The notes under the pieces: generated by a model
Database searches by the model: none
Seen by the model: the letters and a program-made list of their open reading frames with translations, nothing else
What the model was told of the DNA's origin: nothing
Position numbers and translations under genes: made by a program
Part shown: positions 39,453-51,910 of the stretch, one piece after another
Layout: every line of letters begins with the position of its first letter
Position numbering within the stretch: the first letter of the stretch is position 1
NCBI GenBank assembly: GCA_965112735.1
Contig: OZ218950.1
Location: 5,084,001 to 5,148,000 of the forward strand
From: Phaeosaccion multiseriatum
Taxonomy: Eukaryota > Protista > Ochrophyta, other classes
Reading direction: 5' to 3'
DNA: 64,000 bases

Positions 39453-40993
39453 CAGCAACAGAGAAATCACCTCCAACCCAATCAGCAGCAGCAGCCGCCG
39501 CAGCCGCAGCAGCACCAGCAGCAGCCTCATGAACAATCGCAGCAACACCAACAACCACTACCACAACCACAATTGCACACATCAGCAGCCCTGCAGCCAC
39601 CACCGCACACAGCGCTCTTGAATGAGAAGGAAGTCGTGCAAAGGGAAGGGCGGGCATTGATAGGAAAGTTTTTGAAAGCGCACGTCTGTTATGATGTCCT
39701 CAAGCACAGCGGGAAGGTTGTGGTTTTCGACTCGAGCATACCCATTCAGCTTGCATTTTATGCATTAGTCGAACATGGTAAGTAGTGACTGCATGGTGGT
39801 ACGGGGGGGGTTGTTGTTTCCCTGCCTTGTGGCGCCTCTCTGGTCTTTGCTGCCACAATTTTTTTTTTTGTTTTCACTACAGTACAACTAACACACAATA
39901 ACGACAATGTGCCCCTCTCGCCCCACCCAATCAGATATGCCAGCAGCGCCTCTGTGGGACTCGTCCCAGCGCAAGTTTGTGGGACTCATGACAGTCACAG
40001 ACTTTATTGATATTCTGCGCCACTACTCGCACCGGGGAGTTCCAGTGGAGCAGCTGGCAGCCAAGAGCATATCAGAGGTGCTGTCGGAGCCGGAGGGGGA
40101 GAGGCTGCACCAGAAAGAGTTTGTGCATATAGACGCCGAGGACACGCTGGACTTTGCATGTAGTCTCTTCAAGAACAGGCGCATCAAGTTTTTGCCAATC
40201 ACGGTGCCCAAGGAGACGGGCGTGCTGGCGCTCATTTCACACGTAGAGATTTTAGAGTTCCTCGTGAGCACTTTCCGAGAGCAGAGGAGACTGTTCGACG
40301 ACCCCATATCGGAGCTCAATATCGGGTGAGTGAGTGAGTGAGTGAGTGAGTGAGTGAGTGAGTGCATGAGTGGTGATGGATGAGGGGGGAGAGAGGGGGC
40401 GTGCGGTGTCGCAAATGACAAAAGCAATGGACAAACAAGTGTAGGTAGGGGAGTGTGGTGTTCCCCGCATCTTTCCCCTTCTTACGCGCGATACTGTCCG
40501 TCCCTCTCTCCCGTGGCTGGCCTCTCACCCCGCTGTCCCTGGGCCCGTCGTCACATTGCATCGCGCCGTATCCATTCCCTCCTTCCCCAGGCACTTGAGC
40601 GACAATGTGGTGACTGTGCAGCAGCACGCCCGGCTGATGGAGGTGCTGGATCTGCTGGAACTGCACGGTATCGGTGCGGTGCCCATTGTGGACGAGAACG
40701 GCCGAGTCACCAACATCTACAGCCGCAGCGACATCACCTTCCTGGCCACGGCTTCGGACCCAGACAGCGTACTCAAGAACCTGGACTGCAAACTGAGTGA
40801 CATTCTCGCGCAGCCGGGCAACCAGGGCCTGCGGGACACGCTCATCACGTGCGCTCCCTCGGACACGCTGCAGATGATCTTTGAAAAGTTTGCGGAGTGC
40901 AAGTTCAAGAGGATCGTTGTGGTGGACGGGGAGTTCCGCTGCAAAGGCTTAATCTCGGTGTCCGACTTGCTGGCGTACTTTCTGCCGGCGTAG
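39087..40993 (+). CDS. SNF4: SNF4/AMPK gamma subunit (4 CBS domains) with poly-Q N-terminus, 3 exons
   Basis: Motifs FLKAHVCYDVL..SGKVVVFDSSIPIQLAFYALV, APLWDS..RKFVGLMTVTDFIDIL, IGAVPIVDENGRVTNIYSRSDI and RIVVVD....KGLISVSDLL. Confidence 0.92.
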
Positions 40994-41507
40994 CGAATAA
41001 TTTCATCTTTCCTCCTGGGGTATACAACCTTGTATCCGCTGACATATTATTACGGTTTCATTTGGCGGTTTCCCTCGTGGCCTCCTCTCAGCCAAACCCC
41101 CGCCTCACTGGAGGAGAGACTCCCCTAAATTCTCTTTAACTCTTCCTCAACTCTTCTCCTCAGTACTCCCTTCGCAATTGACCTATTGACCTGGAATCGT
41201 AAGCGAGGGCGCCACGAACGCCTGTGAGAGAGGGCCTCAGTCCCCGCTCGTCACTTACCTGACTCCCTTCGAAGGAGGGGAACGCCCAGGTAGGGAGCGC
41301 GGTACACCTCCATTCCATCGAAACGTATTGAAACGAGGACCGGGTGACGGCAGTGTCTTCGGGGGGAGGCCTATGCTTTTGCGTGTTGCCTCCCCCCACC
41401 CCCCTCGATGCGTGTGCTCTTCTCTACCCTTCTATCCCCTTTTCTCTCCTTTCACCCAACTCATTTACCCCTTTTCATGTCTTCCACAACAGCCTGAGGG
41501 GACGAGC

Positions 41508-42640
41508 ATGGCGGAGAAGCAGCAGTCAGGCCACGCAGCGCTGCGAGGTCTGGCCGAAGAAGCCTCAGTGCCGTCCACTGAACTCATTCGCCCCTGCCAA
41601 CCTGAAGACGCTGTTCTATTGCGCTTTAATGCACCCGCAGAGTGCAGTGATGAGGTGAGTAAGCTTCCCCCCTACGTGGTGTTGAATTCAGCCATCACGA
41701 CGGAGGAGCACCACTTAAAGCTTGTGCATTGATCTCTCTCTCCGCTCCTTTTTCCTTCCTCAGTTGTACATGTACTTCGGTGAGGCAGCGGCGGATGGAA
41801 CCTGCGCAGGCGCACAAATGAACCTGGCGGGCTTCTGGGCAGGCTATCCGGGCTACGAGCTTCTCTTCCAAGACGGTGGCTACCCCGAAGTGTTTATCGA
41901 GGGCACAGACACCGGCAGAGCTTGCGGAAATGCGGAGCTCGATCTCACTACTGCAGGAGTGACTAGTGAAACGGCAGCGGGCAAGGCATACTGCTCCTAC
42001 TCTGTGTATAAGACGTTTGCGGATGAAGAGCACACTTCGGTGACGGCTTTTGACACGCACCTCACTGACCTGCAGAGCGCCACTCTCTTCGACAACCTGG
42101 AGCCCTCCTGTGCCGTCCCGGTTGTAAGGGAGGCTCCCAAGGGGGCGGCGACTAGCGGAGGCAGCCGGGGAGACGGGAGCAGCGGGGGCAGCGGGGGCTC
42201 TGGCGGGGGAGCCAGCTCTGCTGAGATGGCCTTTGGCTTGGCGGGAGTCACGGCCTTGGTAGCAGGGGTGGTAGGCGCCATTGTAGCGGTCAAGAGACGC
42301 CGCAGGCGGACCGAAAGCGAGCACCGATACGAGGCGCCCATCGAGGATGACGACTTCTTTGACAACCCGACCGGCGAAGTAGGGGGGGGAGAGCCCAGCC
42401 CAAGCACGTGAGTGTCGGTTTTTTCCCCGGTTGAGAGAGTAAAGTGTTGCTACCCTGTCCGTGAAGAAGGAACCAACTAACCACCCAATCCTCAAAATCT
42501 CTTCTCGAAACAGGTGGGGTGGAGACGGGCGTCCCGACTGGGAAGACGGCTCAGACAAGAAGGACTTTAGGGCCTCTGTGAGCAGCCAGAAGGCGAGGAT
42601 TCTGCAGGGGGCGGGAGGCTTCGAGGAGGCCACCATCTAA
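41508..42640 (+). CDS. Hypothetical type I membrane protein (start uncertain)
   Basis: A Cys-containing region and a GS linker precede the TM helix MAFGLAGVTALVAGVVGAIVAV, then KRRRRR and an acidic tail. GT-AG introns at about 41655-41763 and 42408-42513 are phase-consistent. Stop TAA at 42638-42640. Confidence 0.6.
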
Positions 42641-43180
42641 GGACTAGGTTTGCCCCAAAGCCGATGAACGGGGCTCTACCACATAAAAATGCCCACTCTC
42701 TTCGCCTTTGCCATGCTATAGGCTGCCTTCTTGAAGGGGTCTTTTGTGATGAGAACAAGGCAGGGTTTCGGGGGGCGCGAAAAAGGACGGAGGATTGACC
42801 AAAGAGAGATAAGAGAGCGTAAGCTACAGGATAAGAGAATGTAAAGTGAGTAAGTATATATTTATGAACAATGAGCTCAGGCTCTCGTCTTTTCCATACC
42901 CGCTATCCCATGGGATGCAAAAGCACCTTCACAACGCCCTCTTTGCAGAAAGACGCAGTCGGGCCCCGACAAGCTTCCCAAACTCAAAATTGGAAGCTGG
43001 AAGTTGGGGTCATCTTTCGCACATGTCGAGGTCGACTCTACACAACTCCACACAGGTCTGCGCCAGCTGGAGAAGCTGGCCGATTGGCGCCGAAGGCCGG
43101 AAGCAGAAGCACCGAATACAGTTCTGTTCCAGTCAGCAGCCCTCTGTTTCAGCCTCTTTTCGGATCGGAATAGGAACAGT

Positions 43181-44590
43181 TCAGAACAACATAGATGCAG
43201 CATTTTCCCCCGCGAGTCCGCCGATGAAGCTGCCAAAGCCGGGCAGTATCATCGTACCAGCGCCGTACCCAGCGATGAAGAACACGTACTGCAACATGTA
43301 CGCCTTGAGGTAGCTCCCCGTCCCCTCCAGGAAGGGCTTCGGGCGCTGCAAAAAACAAGTCGCAACAACAACAACAAACAACAACATCAACATCCTCAAC
43401 AACAACAACAAGCAAGACAACAAGTTCAGAGAACTTCCATCCAGCGCCCCCCCTCCCCTCTTGGTGTAACTAACCTTTCCCAGGGCTTTTCCATATCTCC
43501 GCTGCCTCTCATACACGAACCACCTGCGCAGCAACAGTGCCTCGTCATAGAGGAAGTTTGCGACGAAGCCCAGTCCCGCCGAGTACGCGGCTGTCCGGCA
43601 CACCTTGTAGGCCGCCTGGTACGGACCCACCCGAAGTGCCTTGCGCTTCACAGACTTCCAAACGTCCTGTGCACCCGAGGAAGGGAGCGAGGTTGGTGGG
43701 TGGTTGGTTGAGACAAAGGAGGGGACCAAGGACAGCAGCGCGACAACATCCCACCTTTGTCAAGCGGTCCGCCATCCGGGGTGTCAAGTGTTGGATGCAC
43801 AGCTCCTCTAGACAGCGCAAGATGGTGGTGACCCCCATGATGCGAAGAAAGGCCCTGCAGAAGTTGGAGGGCCAGCCCTCCATGGCGTCCTTGAAGTCGT
43901 CCCAGCTTATCAGCGGCCATTCGTCGTCGTCATCGTCGAGATAATTGTGGTCCTCGTTTTGCAGGCGGTTCAGCTCCTCTGCAGACCACTGTGGGAGAAG
44001 GACATGAGGCATGTTACTGCTTTGGGGAATATGCGCCTCCACCCTCTCTTCATTTCCTCACCTTGGTGAAGGGCTCTTGGGATGCCATGAGCGACGCTTT
44101 CACTACGATGGAAATCAGATTTTTGGGGTGCGTGTGGGCGTAGAAGGGCTTCTTGTCCGCCAGGTACATACGCTTCGGCCCCAAGGATACTCTGTGGCAA
44201 CCATACAACAACGTCAAACCAAAAGAGCAGCACAATGCCGAAATTTTGTGGGCCCACGTCGCTCACCTTCGTGCCACAGACAGAGCCAAGATCCGGCCGC
44301 TTGTTGAGGGCATCGCCCAGGCTTCACCTTCGACCGATGGCTTCCCATTGCTGTAGGCTGCATGGGGTGCTCCAGTCAGACAAATGTGCGCAGAATATCC
44401 CGATAGGTTCTGTCGCTGGCGCCGCTGCTTCTGCTTCTGCTGCAGCTGCTGTTGGTGCTGCTGCTGCTGCCTCTGCCTCCCCCACGGAGGGGGAGTTCCT
44501 TCCGCAAATACGCCTCGCCGATGGCACCGTGAGCTGTCTGGACGACACGACTGGTAATCGGCGCTCACCCACATCGTGCTCTTATCCATA
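43181..44590 (-). CDS. Hypothetical protein with C-terminal Gly-rich hydrophobic helices, multi-exon; 5' end uncertain
   Basis: Joinable exons read ...TTILRCLEELCIQHLTPRMADRLTK|DVWKSVKRKALR...AGLGFVANFLYDE...|...IAGYGAGTMILPGFGSFIGGLAGE. Confidence 0.55.
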
Positions 44591-44695
44591 TCGCTCCTCT
44601 ACCCACATCGTTGCTCGCCCAATTGTGAGTAGTCATTGGAATCCAAGAGTGGGCGCGGTGAGCGAGGGAAATCGTGGACCAAAAAAAAACCCCAG

Positions 44696-45828
44696 ATGGG
44701 TAGCGATGGGGAGACGCGAAGCAGTAGCAGCAGTGGGAAGAAGAAGAGTGAGTAAGGAAGGTCCCGCTCTCCTCGCCCTCCCCCTTCGTATTCCTTGCTC
44801 ATCGCTCTCCCGCTTCTCTCTCTCTCTCTGCGTGTGTCTCTCTGTACCTCTCTCTGTGCCTCTCTCTCTCTCTCTCTCTCTCTGCGTGTCTCTCTCTCTC
44901 TCGTCCCGTCTCGCGCTTATCCTATTCTTCCTTCCTCGCCCCTCCCCCAATCACGGTACCTCTCGCGCGCTCTCTCTTTTTTTGTCTTCCCTCTCTCTCT
45001 GTCTCTCTCTCTCTGTTTGTGTTCTCGCTCTCGCTCTCTGTGTATCCATCTCTCTTCCCTCTCTCTCGCTCTGTGTGTGCTTGTCGCTCTCTTCTCTCTC
45101 TCTCCCCTCTCGCTCTCATCCCATACTTCATTCGTCGGCCCTCCCGCAATGATGGTACTTGTTTCTCGCCTCCCCTCTTTCTGCAGAGCGGGGGCGAGAT
45201 GAGCGCAGCAGCCCAAGTCACGCGGGGAAGCACGATGGAGGAGGCAGCACCAGCACCAGCAGAGAGGACGAAGGGGCCAGGGCAAGAAGTCCTAGTCGCA
45301 GTCGAAAAGAGGTGAAAAAGAGGAAGCACAAGCATAGCAAGGACGATGGGGAGCGGAAGAAGGAAGGAAAGGAGAGGAAGCGAAAGGAGGAAAAGCGGGA
45401 AAAGACCAAGAAAAACAAAAGTCACCGGAAAAAGAAGAGCAGCAGCAGCAAGAAAAGCAAGAAGGTGCGTCTCACGAGAGGGTGTTAAAGATGGTGCGAC
45501 GATATGCTGCGATTGGCCCCTTCTTTTCCTTGGTGCTGCTGCCGCTGTTGCTTGTGCGAAAAGAACTCTGTTGCTGCCTGCCTGTGATACCCTTTGACTC
45601 AAGATGCGCTGTTCCCCTTATCTCCTCTCGCAGAGCCGCAAGCACGAGGACAGTAGCAGTGACAGTGACAGCGAAAGTAGCAGCGATGGGGATAGCAGTG
45701 GAAGTGACGAGGTAGTGAAGCGCTCTGTCATCACAGGCAAGAAGATCAAGATGAAGCTGGACAAGACCAGAGACGACGTCGCGGCAGAGAGGGGCAGGAG
45801 AGAGTTGCTCGCCTTTCTCAACTCCTGA
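44696..45828 (+). CDS. Small Lys/Ser-rich putative nuclear protein, 3 exons
   Basis: The product reads MGSDGETRSSSSSGKKK|KRGRDE...KKRKHKHSK...|SRKHEDSSSDSDSES...RSVITGKKIKMKLDKTRDDVAAERGRRELLAFLNS*. Splice phases are consistent. Confidence 0.7.
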
Positions 45829-47759
45829 AGTCAAGTTGGGTATATGTATGATTCATTTTTTCTCTTCTTCTTCTGTAGTGACAAGACTTCTTACAGAGAC
45901 TTTCAAAGACAAGGGACGGCGAGTCCTTTCCTTACCGCTCGAACAGCTGCACAGCAAGAAAGCAAGAAGATGGAGCATGCTCCACTTCCATTCTGCGGGG
46001 GTGGTGTGTGAGACAGCGGAGATGTGTCGATGTGATAGAGTGTGAGTTTCAGCAGGGAAGGTCGGGATGAGGTCCTCAGCAGGGCACATGAGTTGTCTTC
46101 AGCAGAGCAGTGGAGGCCGTGCATGAGTTTCAGTACATGTAGGGCAGAGAGGTCGAGTCTGCTTCAGATTGGACTTGGCTGGACTAGCGGCCTAGGCCTA
46201 GAGGTGAAAGTGGAGGGGCCGCAGGCATCGCAAATGACTCCATTCACCGTACACAGAGCCGCTTTCCTCATTTCTCATCATCTCGTAACTCGGACGACAG
46301 ACATCAACAGAGCAGGGCACCGTCTTGAGAATGGGAGAGGCAGAGTCTAGTGCAGCGCAGGGTGTGATGCCGCTCCTCCTCACTCGTCACCCACTCACCC
46401 ACTCACTCATCACTCAGTCCGTACTCACTCATTCCCCTCCCTCATTAACTCTTTCACTCACCCCCTCAAAGCACACGAGCACTAACTCACTCGCTCGAAC
46501 GGTCATTCACTCCACGCACGCGCGCGTACATTCACTCGCTCACTCCCGCAAAGCACTTGAGCACTCACTCGCTCCCTCATTCACTCAACGCACGCACCCA
46601 CTTGCTCTCTCTCTCACCCACTCATGCACTCACGCACCAGCTCAACCACTCACTCACTCAACCACCCACGCACCCACTCACTCGCTCTTTCAGACACCCA
46701 CTCGCTGACTGACACACTCACTCACTCTTCGACTTTTGCACACGCGCACTCGCTCACTCTCACCCACGCCCCCAAATCACCGCCTAAAGTCTATTTCGGG
46801 TTCAGGAAGTTGAGTTCGACATTACGTAAGGGTGGTTGCGTGCCTTGGAGGGTGTGTGGCAGCAAGGAGGATCAGTGACACGGTGGCAGGATAGGAGAGC
46901 CTCGATACAATACAGGCAGCAACACCCAGGGCACAGGGCCAGGACGCCAAGGAAGGGGAGGGTACGGGTCAGGTGAGACAACTGCTACAGTACTGCACGA
47001 ATCCCTCTCCTCTCTACCTTTTGAGTGAGCGTTCTGATGATGTGCATAGTACGAGTGGAAGCGGCAGCAATGAGCAATGGTGATGAGAGAGGACCGGTAG
47101 ACTAAAGACCAAGAGCCAAGAGCACAGTTAGTTCGAGGAGGGCATATGACCAAAGCAAGACAGAGGGATGAGTTAATGAATCAGCGGCGCAAAGAGAGAA
47201 GCATGAGCAAGTCAAGTCGTCTCAGAAGGGCCACAAAAAGATTAAATTGGTGGGAAAGTTCGTGCTCTTGTTTACGTACGAGAGAGCGCTCCAAATGTTA
47301 GGCATACACATAACCATTTCACACTATTCGTGTATGTAGGCAACACATAAGAGGGGAAGCACCTTTGTTAAGTACACAGGCGCCAGAGTGATGTTCCAAA
47401 ACGAGTCTATGCAAACATGAGTTCGGCGTCATAGTCCATGTCCTTCTCCCCCGCCCTTCACTGCCCTACTACCTCTCAAGCATCCTGCAGTCTCTCCCTT
47501 CTCCCCAATCCCCCTACTCGATCCTATTGCACCATTCCATTCTTTCACTTCTCATGAGTTGTCTCCCTACAGCCTGATCAGTCTCTCTACTCACCACACT
47601 CCCAGTCGCATCCATGAACTGTACACTACATACGGCACGACACACATTATGAAGCTCAAAGGCAAGCACACCAACGAGAGAAAAGAAAGCAAGTAATCAT
47701 CGCCCCCCACAGGGTACCATTTATCCCATCCCCTCCCTTCCTCAAAGTTGCATCTCCAA

Positions 47760-50102
47760 TCACCGCCTCATGGTATCCATCCCTCCCCCGCCCCTCCCTC
47801 TCCCTTGTTGCCACCCAGCAGGAGGCATTCCCATCGGCCCCCCCATGGGCCTTCCCATCGGTCCTCCCATCGGTCCTCCCATGGGGCCTGCCATGGGCGG
47901 CACGGCCATCCCCATTCCCATCCCCCTTGGTCCCTGCATCCCTGGCCCTGGCCCTGGCCCTGGCCCTGGTATGCCCCTCCCCCCCCCCATTCCAGGAGGA
48001 GGGGCTAACAGGGTTCCCATGCCTCTGAAGCCTGGCGGCGGTGGCCCTCCTTGCCCCCCTGGAGGCCCCCCTCCTGGAGGTGCGTTCCAACCTATCGAAT
48101 TGGGCCCATCCGGTCCCCTCGGTCCCATTCTTTCCCCTAGACTTCCCATTCCTCGCCCCGCAGGCCCTGGTCCCGGGCCTCCCGGTCCTCCTGGTCCTCC
48201 CACCCCCCCTGGGCCCCCCATACCCCCTGGACCTCCCATGCCCCGGGGGCCTCCCATCCCTCCTGGACCTCCCATTCCCCGGGGGCCTCCCATACCCACC
48301 CCTGGACCCCCTCCTCCCATGCCTCTTGGGCCTCCTTCTCCTCCCATACCCCTTGGACCTCCCATACCCCCCCTTGGACCTCCTCCCATCCCCCGGGGGC
48401 CTCCCATCCCTGCTGGGCCTCCCATACCCACCCCTGGACCCCCTCCTCCCATGTCTGCCCCCGGACCCCCTCCTCCTATGCCTCTTGGGCCTCCTTCTCC
48501 TCCCATTCCCCTTGGACCTCCCATACCCCCCCTTGGACCTCCTCCCATCCCCCGGGGGCCTCCCATCCCACCTGGGCCTCCCATACCCACCCCTGGACCC
48601 CCTCCTCCCATGTCTGCCCCCGGACCCCCTCCTCCCATGCCTCTTGGGCCTCCTTCTCCTCCCACACCCCTTGGATCTCCCATACCCCCCCTTGGACCAC
48701 CTCCCATCCCCCGGGGGCCTCCCATCCCCCCTGGGCCTCCCATACCCCCCCCTGGACCCCCTCCTCCCATGCCTCTTGGGCCTCCTCCAATAATCCCAGG
48801 GCCTCCTCCTCCTCCTCCCATCCCCCGTGGGCCTCCTCCTCCTCCTCCTCCTCCCACCCCCCCTGGACCTCCTACGCCTCGAGAGGGTTCCCCCATTCCC
48901 CTTGGACCTCCTCCCATACCCCGTGGGCCCCCCATACCTCCTCCTCCTCCTCCTCCTCCCCCAAGCCCCCCCCCAGGACCTGCTACCCCCATACCTATGC
49001 CCATTGCTGGACCCCCAAACCCCCGTGGTGGTGGTAGTGGGCCTCCTCTTGCTGGGGGAGGAGGAGGAACAACAGGCTTTGGGCCGCCCCCTCTCATACC
49101 ATTCGCAGTACCTACGTGTAGTGGCGGTGGTGCGTCGTCTCCTCTGTGCATACCTGACGGAGCTTGTCCCGGCCCTCCTCCACCCCGCCCGCCCATGCCG
49201 AAGCCCGGCCCATTTCCGGGCATGCCCCTCGCTCCAAAGGCCGACGGCGGTGGGGGCATTCCTCTCGCTCCTGCCCTTGCCATGGGAGAAGCAGAAGCAG
49301 CAGCAGCGAGAGGTGGTTGCCCTGCATGCCCTCCCCTGCCGCCAGTGCTGTCCTTCTCTGTGCCCCCCCCTCCCCCTCCCCCCCCCCCTGCGTGAGGGGG
49401 GCGTCCCCTTCCGTCCATGCCCCAGTCTGCGTCAGGGGCAGGCCTTCCCGTAGCGTGGAAGTGCCCTTCTCCATCCCTACTGCCGCCCCGGTGGTGTGGT
49501 GTCCCCCAGTTCTGCTGTGCTGAGGCGTTGTTTGCAGATCCCGTAGCTGCACCCTGAGCCCCCCTCCAACCCCCGTTGCTGCCAGTGTTGCCTCCTCTGG
49601 TGGGGGGGGCTAAATGGTCGCTACCAGTTTCCTCCACAGATCGCTTCTGTCCCCTCTTGTTGTCTACCGGACCCCCTCCTCCCATGTGAGCGGAGGGGGG
49701 AGGGCGTGCTGCACCCCCTCCTGGAGGACCACCTCCACCTCCACCTACACCCCCCCCCCATCTGGCGTGGTCGTTCCCACCGTGTCCCGGAGCGTTGCCG
49801 CCGCCTTGAAAAGCGGGAGGGCCTCCAGAAGGCCGGCCGTGACCATCTACCCACGAGTCTCTATTGTTGCCCCAGTCCGAGGACTCAGCAGCATACCCCC
49901 TTTGGCCCTGAGGGCGTCCTTGCTGCTGCTGCTGCTGCTGTTGTTGTTGTTGTTGCTGGTGTTGTTGTTGTTGTACATGTGGTGCCCCTTCCCAGCCTCC
50001 GCCTCCGTCGGGTGCGTTACCGGAGCCAGCAGGAGGCTGATGCTGCTGGCTTGCTCCATCCCAGGAAGAAGGGCCTCTATACTGCGCATCCCGTTCAGGG
50101 TA

Positions 50103-50152
<50 letters not shown>

Positions 50153-51156
50153 TGTAGTGGCTCTGGCTCCGATCATAGCCAGAAGACGCCCCTTCCTCCG
50201 CTACTGCCTTGGTGCTGCCCGTAGCCCACCCCCCCCAGTCCTTTCTTTGCCCTTGCTCCGGCGGTTGATTCGGCTGGTGCTGGTGCTGGTGCTGCTGCTG
50301 ATTCGAGCTGTTGTGTGGCGGTTGCTGGTGCTGCTGGTGCTGGTGCTGGTGCTGCGTCTCGTCCGCCACACGGGGGCGCTTCGAGGGAACAGCACCTGAG
50401 GAATAGGGGACTTGTTGCACCGGATACTGCTGGGGCGCCTGCTGCTGCTGCTCAGTCGTACTACTGGGGGCATATTGCTGCTGCTGCTGATCACGCTGAT
50501 GAGTACTGCTGCCATCTCCGCCCCCCTGGCCGGTGTGCTCACCGCTGTAGCCCTGATTGTACGGCTGGGCGTACTCCTGGTAGCCACCTTTGGTCGTAGC
50601 AGCAGCAGGTTTGTGCTGGTAATACGCGCTGCTTTGCTGCTGCCCCACAGAAGCCTGCTGCTGGTGCTGCTGCTGGTGCTGCTGCTGGTGCTGCGACGGC
50701 TGCTGCACCTGGTGATGCGAAGACACCTGCTGTTCCTGCTGTGGGTCTGATCCAGGAGCGGCGGACCACTGCTTGTCGCTCTCGGCAGCGGGAGCAGCAT
50801 CCACACCACCGACAGAGTCCCAACCCATGCTTCCTTCTGTCAGCTCGCCGATGGCCAAGAGCAGCCCGTCGACGAAAGCTGTCGTGTCTCCGTGCAGATA
50901 TTCAGTGAGATAGGTAATACTCTTGCTTCGGAGAAGGGGCACCTGTCGGTTGCACACAGCACACAGAGAGGAAGTTAAGCGAGATGGGAAAAAATAAGGG
51001 AGGGAGAGGAGGAGGGGGACTCACCGGATCTCTGCTCGCATTCACAAACGACACAATGTACGCCACGAGATCGCTGGGGTCAGACTGCATCTTGATCTGC
51101 AAGACTGTCCGGAGCCAATCATTGAGCTGCCCCGTTTGCTTCAAGGACAGTCGCAT
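47760..51156 (-). CDS. PWI-domain protein with Q-rich and GGPRGM (RGG/PGM) repeat regions
   Basis: LNDWLRTVLQIKMQSDPSDLVAYIVSFV...|...SITYLTEYLHGDTTAFVDGLLLAI resembles an RBM26/27-type PWI domain. It is followed by ~1000 aa of Q/G/P/M low-complexity sequence in one exon. Confidence 0.72.
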
Positions 51157-51262
51157 TGCTCCGTCCAGAGAGATGGGAGCGAAACACTCCACAACCTGGG
51201 CTCACGCTCCTCTCCCTTTTCTCCCTCGAGGCGCAATCTGAATCTATTGATGACCGGTTTTG

Positions 51263-51876
51263 GTGGGGCGAGATGCCCCACTCGGTGAAAGTGGGTATTT
51301 TTAGTACCCAATTTTTTTAAAAGTGGGTATTTTTAGTACAGTACCCAATATGGACCAGTAGCGCCCCTCCCCCCCCCCCTCCTTTTTTGTGTGTGTATCT
51401 CTCCCCTCCTCCTCCAAAATATACTACGCTATGATATGACGATTTAATGGTATTACCACGATAACAATGGTATTCATATTTACAGACACACTTAGTGTCC
51501 GTCCTCAATCATGCATGGCTTACAGTAGTAGTCAAAATCGCCTTCCGCAAAACCCTTGCTGTCGCAAAACTCGACGGTGCACATGTGGTGCACGAGGTTT
51601 CCACACGCTCTTTCGGATGGGCAGAGGAACAGCTTGACTTGCGAGGGCTTAGTACAGCCATACGAGCATGTGAAGGCCATGTCTCCCTCTCTCAAGCCGC
51701 CCAACGACGGCGCTGCTGACGCGGCAGCAGCGGCAGTAGCGGCCGCAGCGGCCGCATCAGAGGCAGCAGCAGAAGCAGCATCAGAAGCAGTACCAGTACC
51801 AGTACGCTGTTTTTTTTGGGCCCCCCTTCCCCCACCCCTTCCTCCTCGTCCTCCTCCGGCTCCGCCTCCTCCTGTT

Positions 51877-51910
<34 letters not shown>

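Noticed and set aside
41252-41400. ACTTACCTG resembling the U1 snRNA 5' end
   Set aside because: No U1-70K loop (GATCA), no U1A loop (ATTGCAC) and no Sm site downstream.
47770-49395. 541-aa Pro-rich + strand ORF (collagen/extensin-like)
   Set aside because: Antisense shadow of the Gly-rich PWI gene exon.
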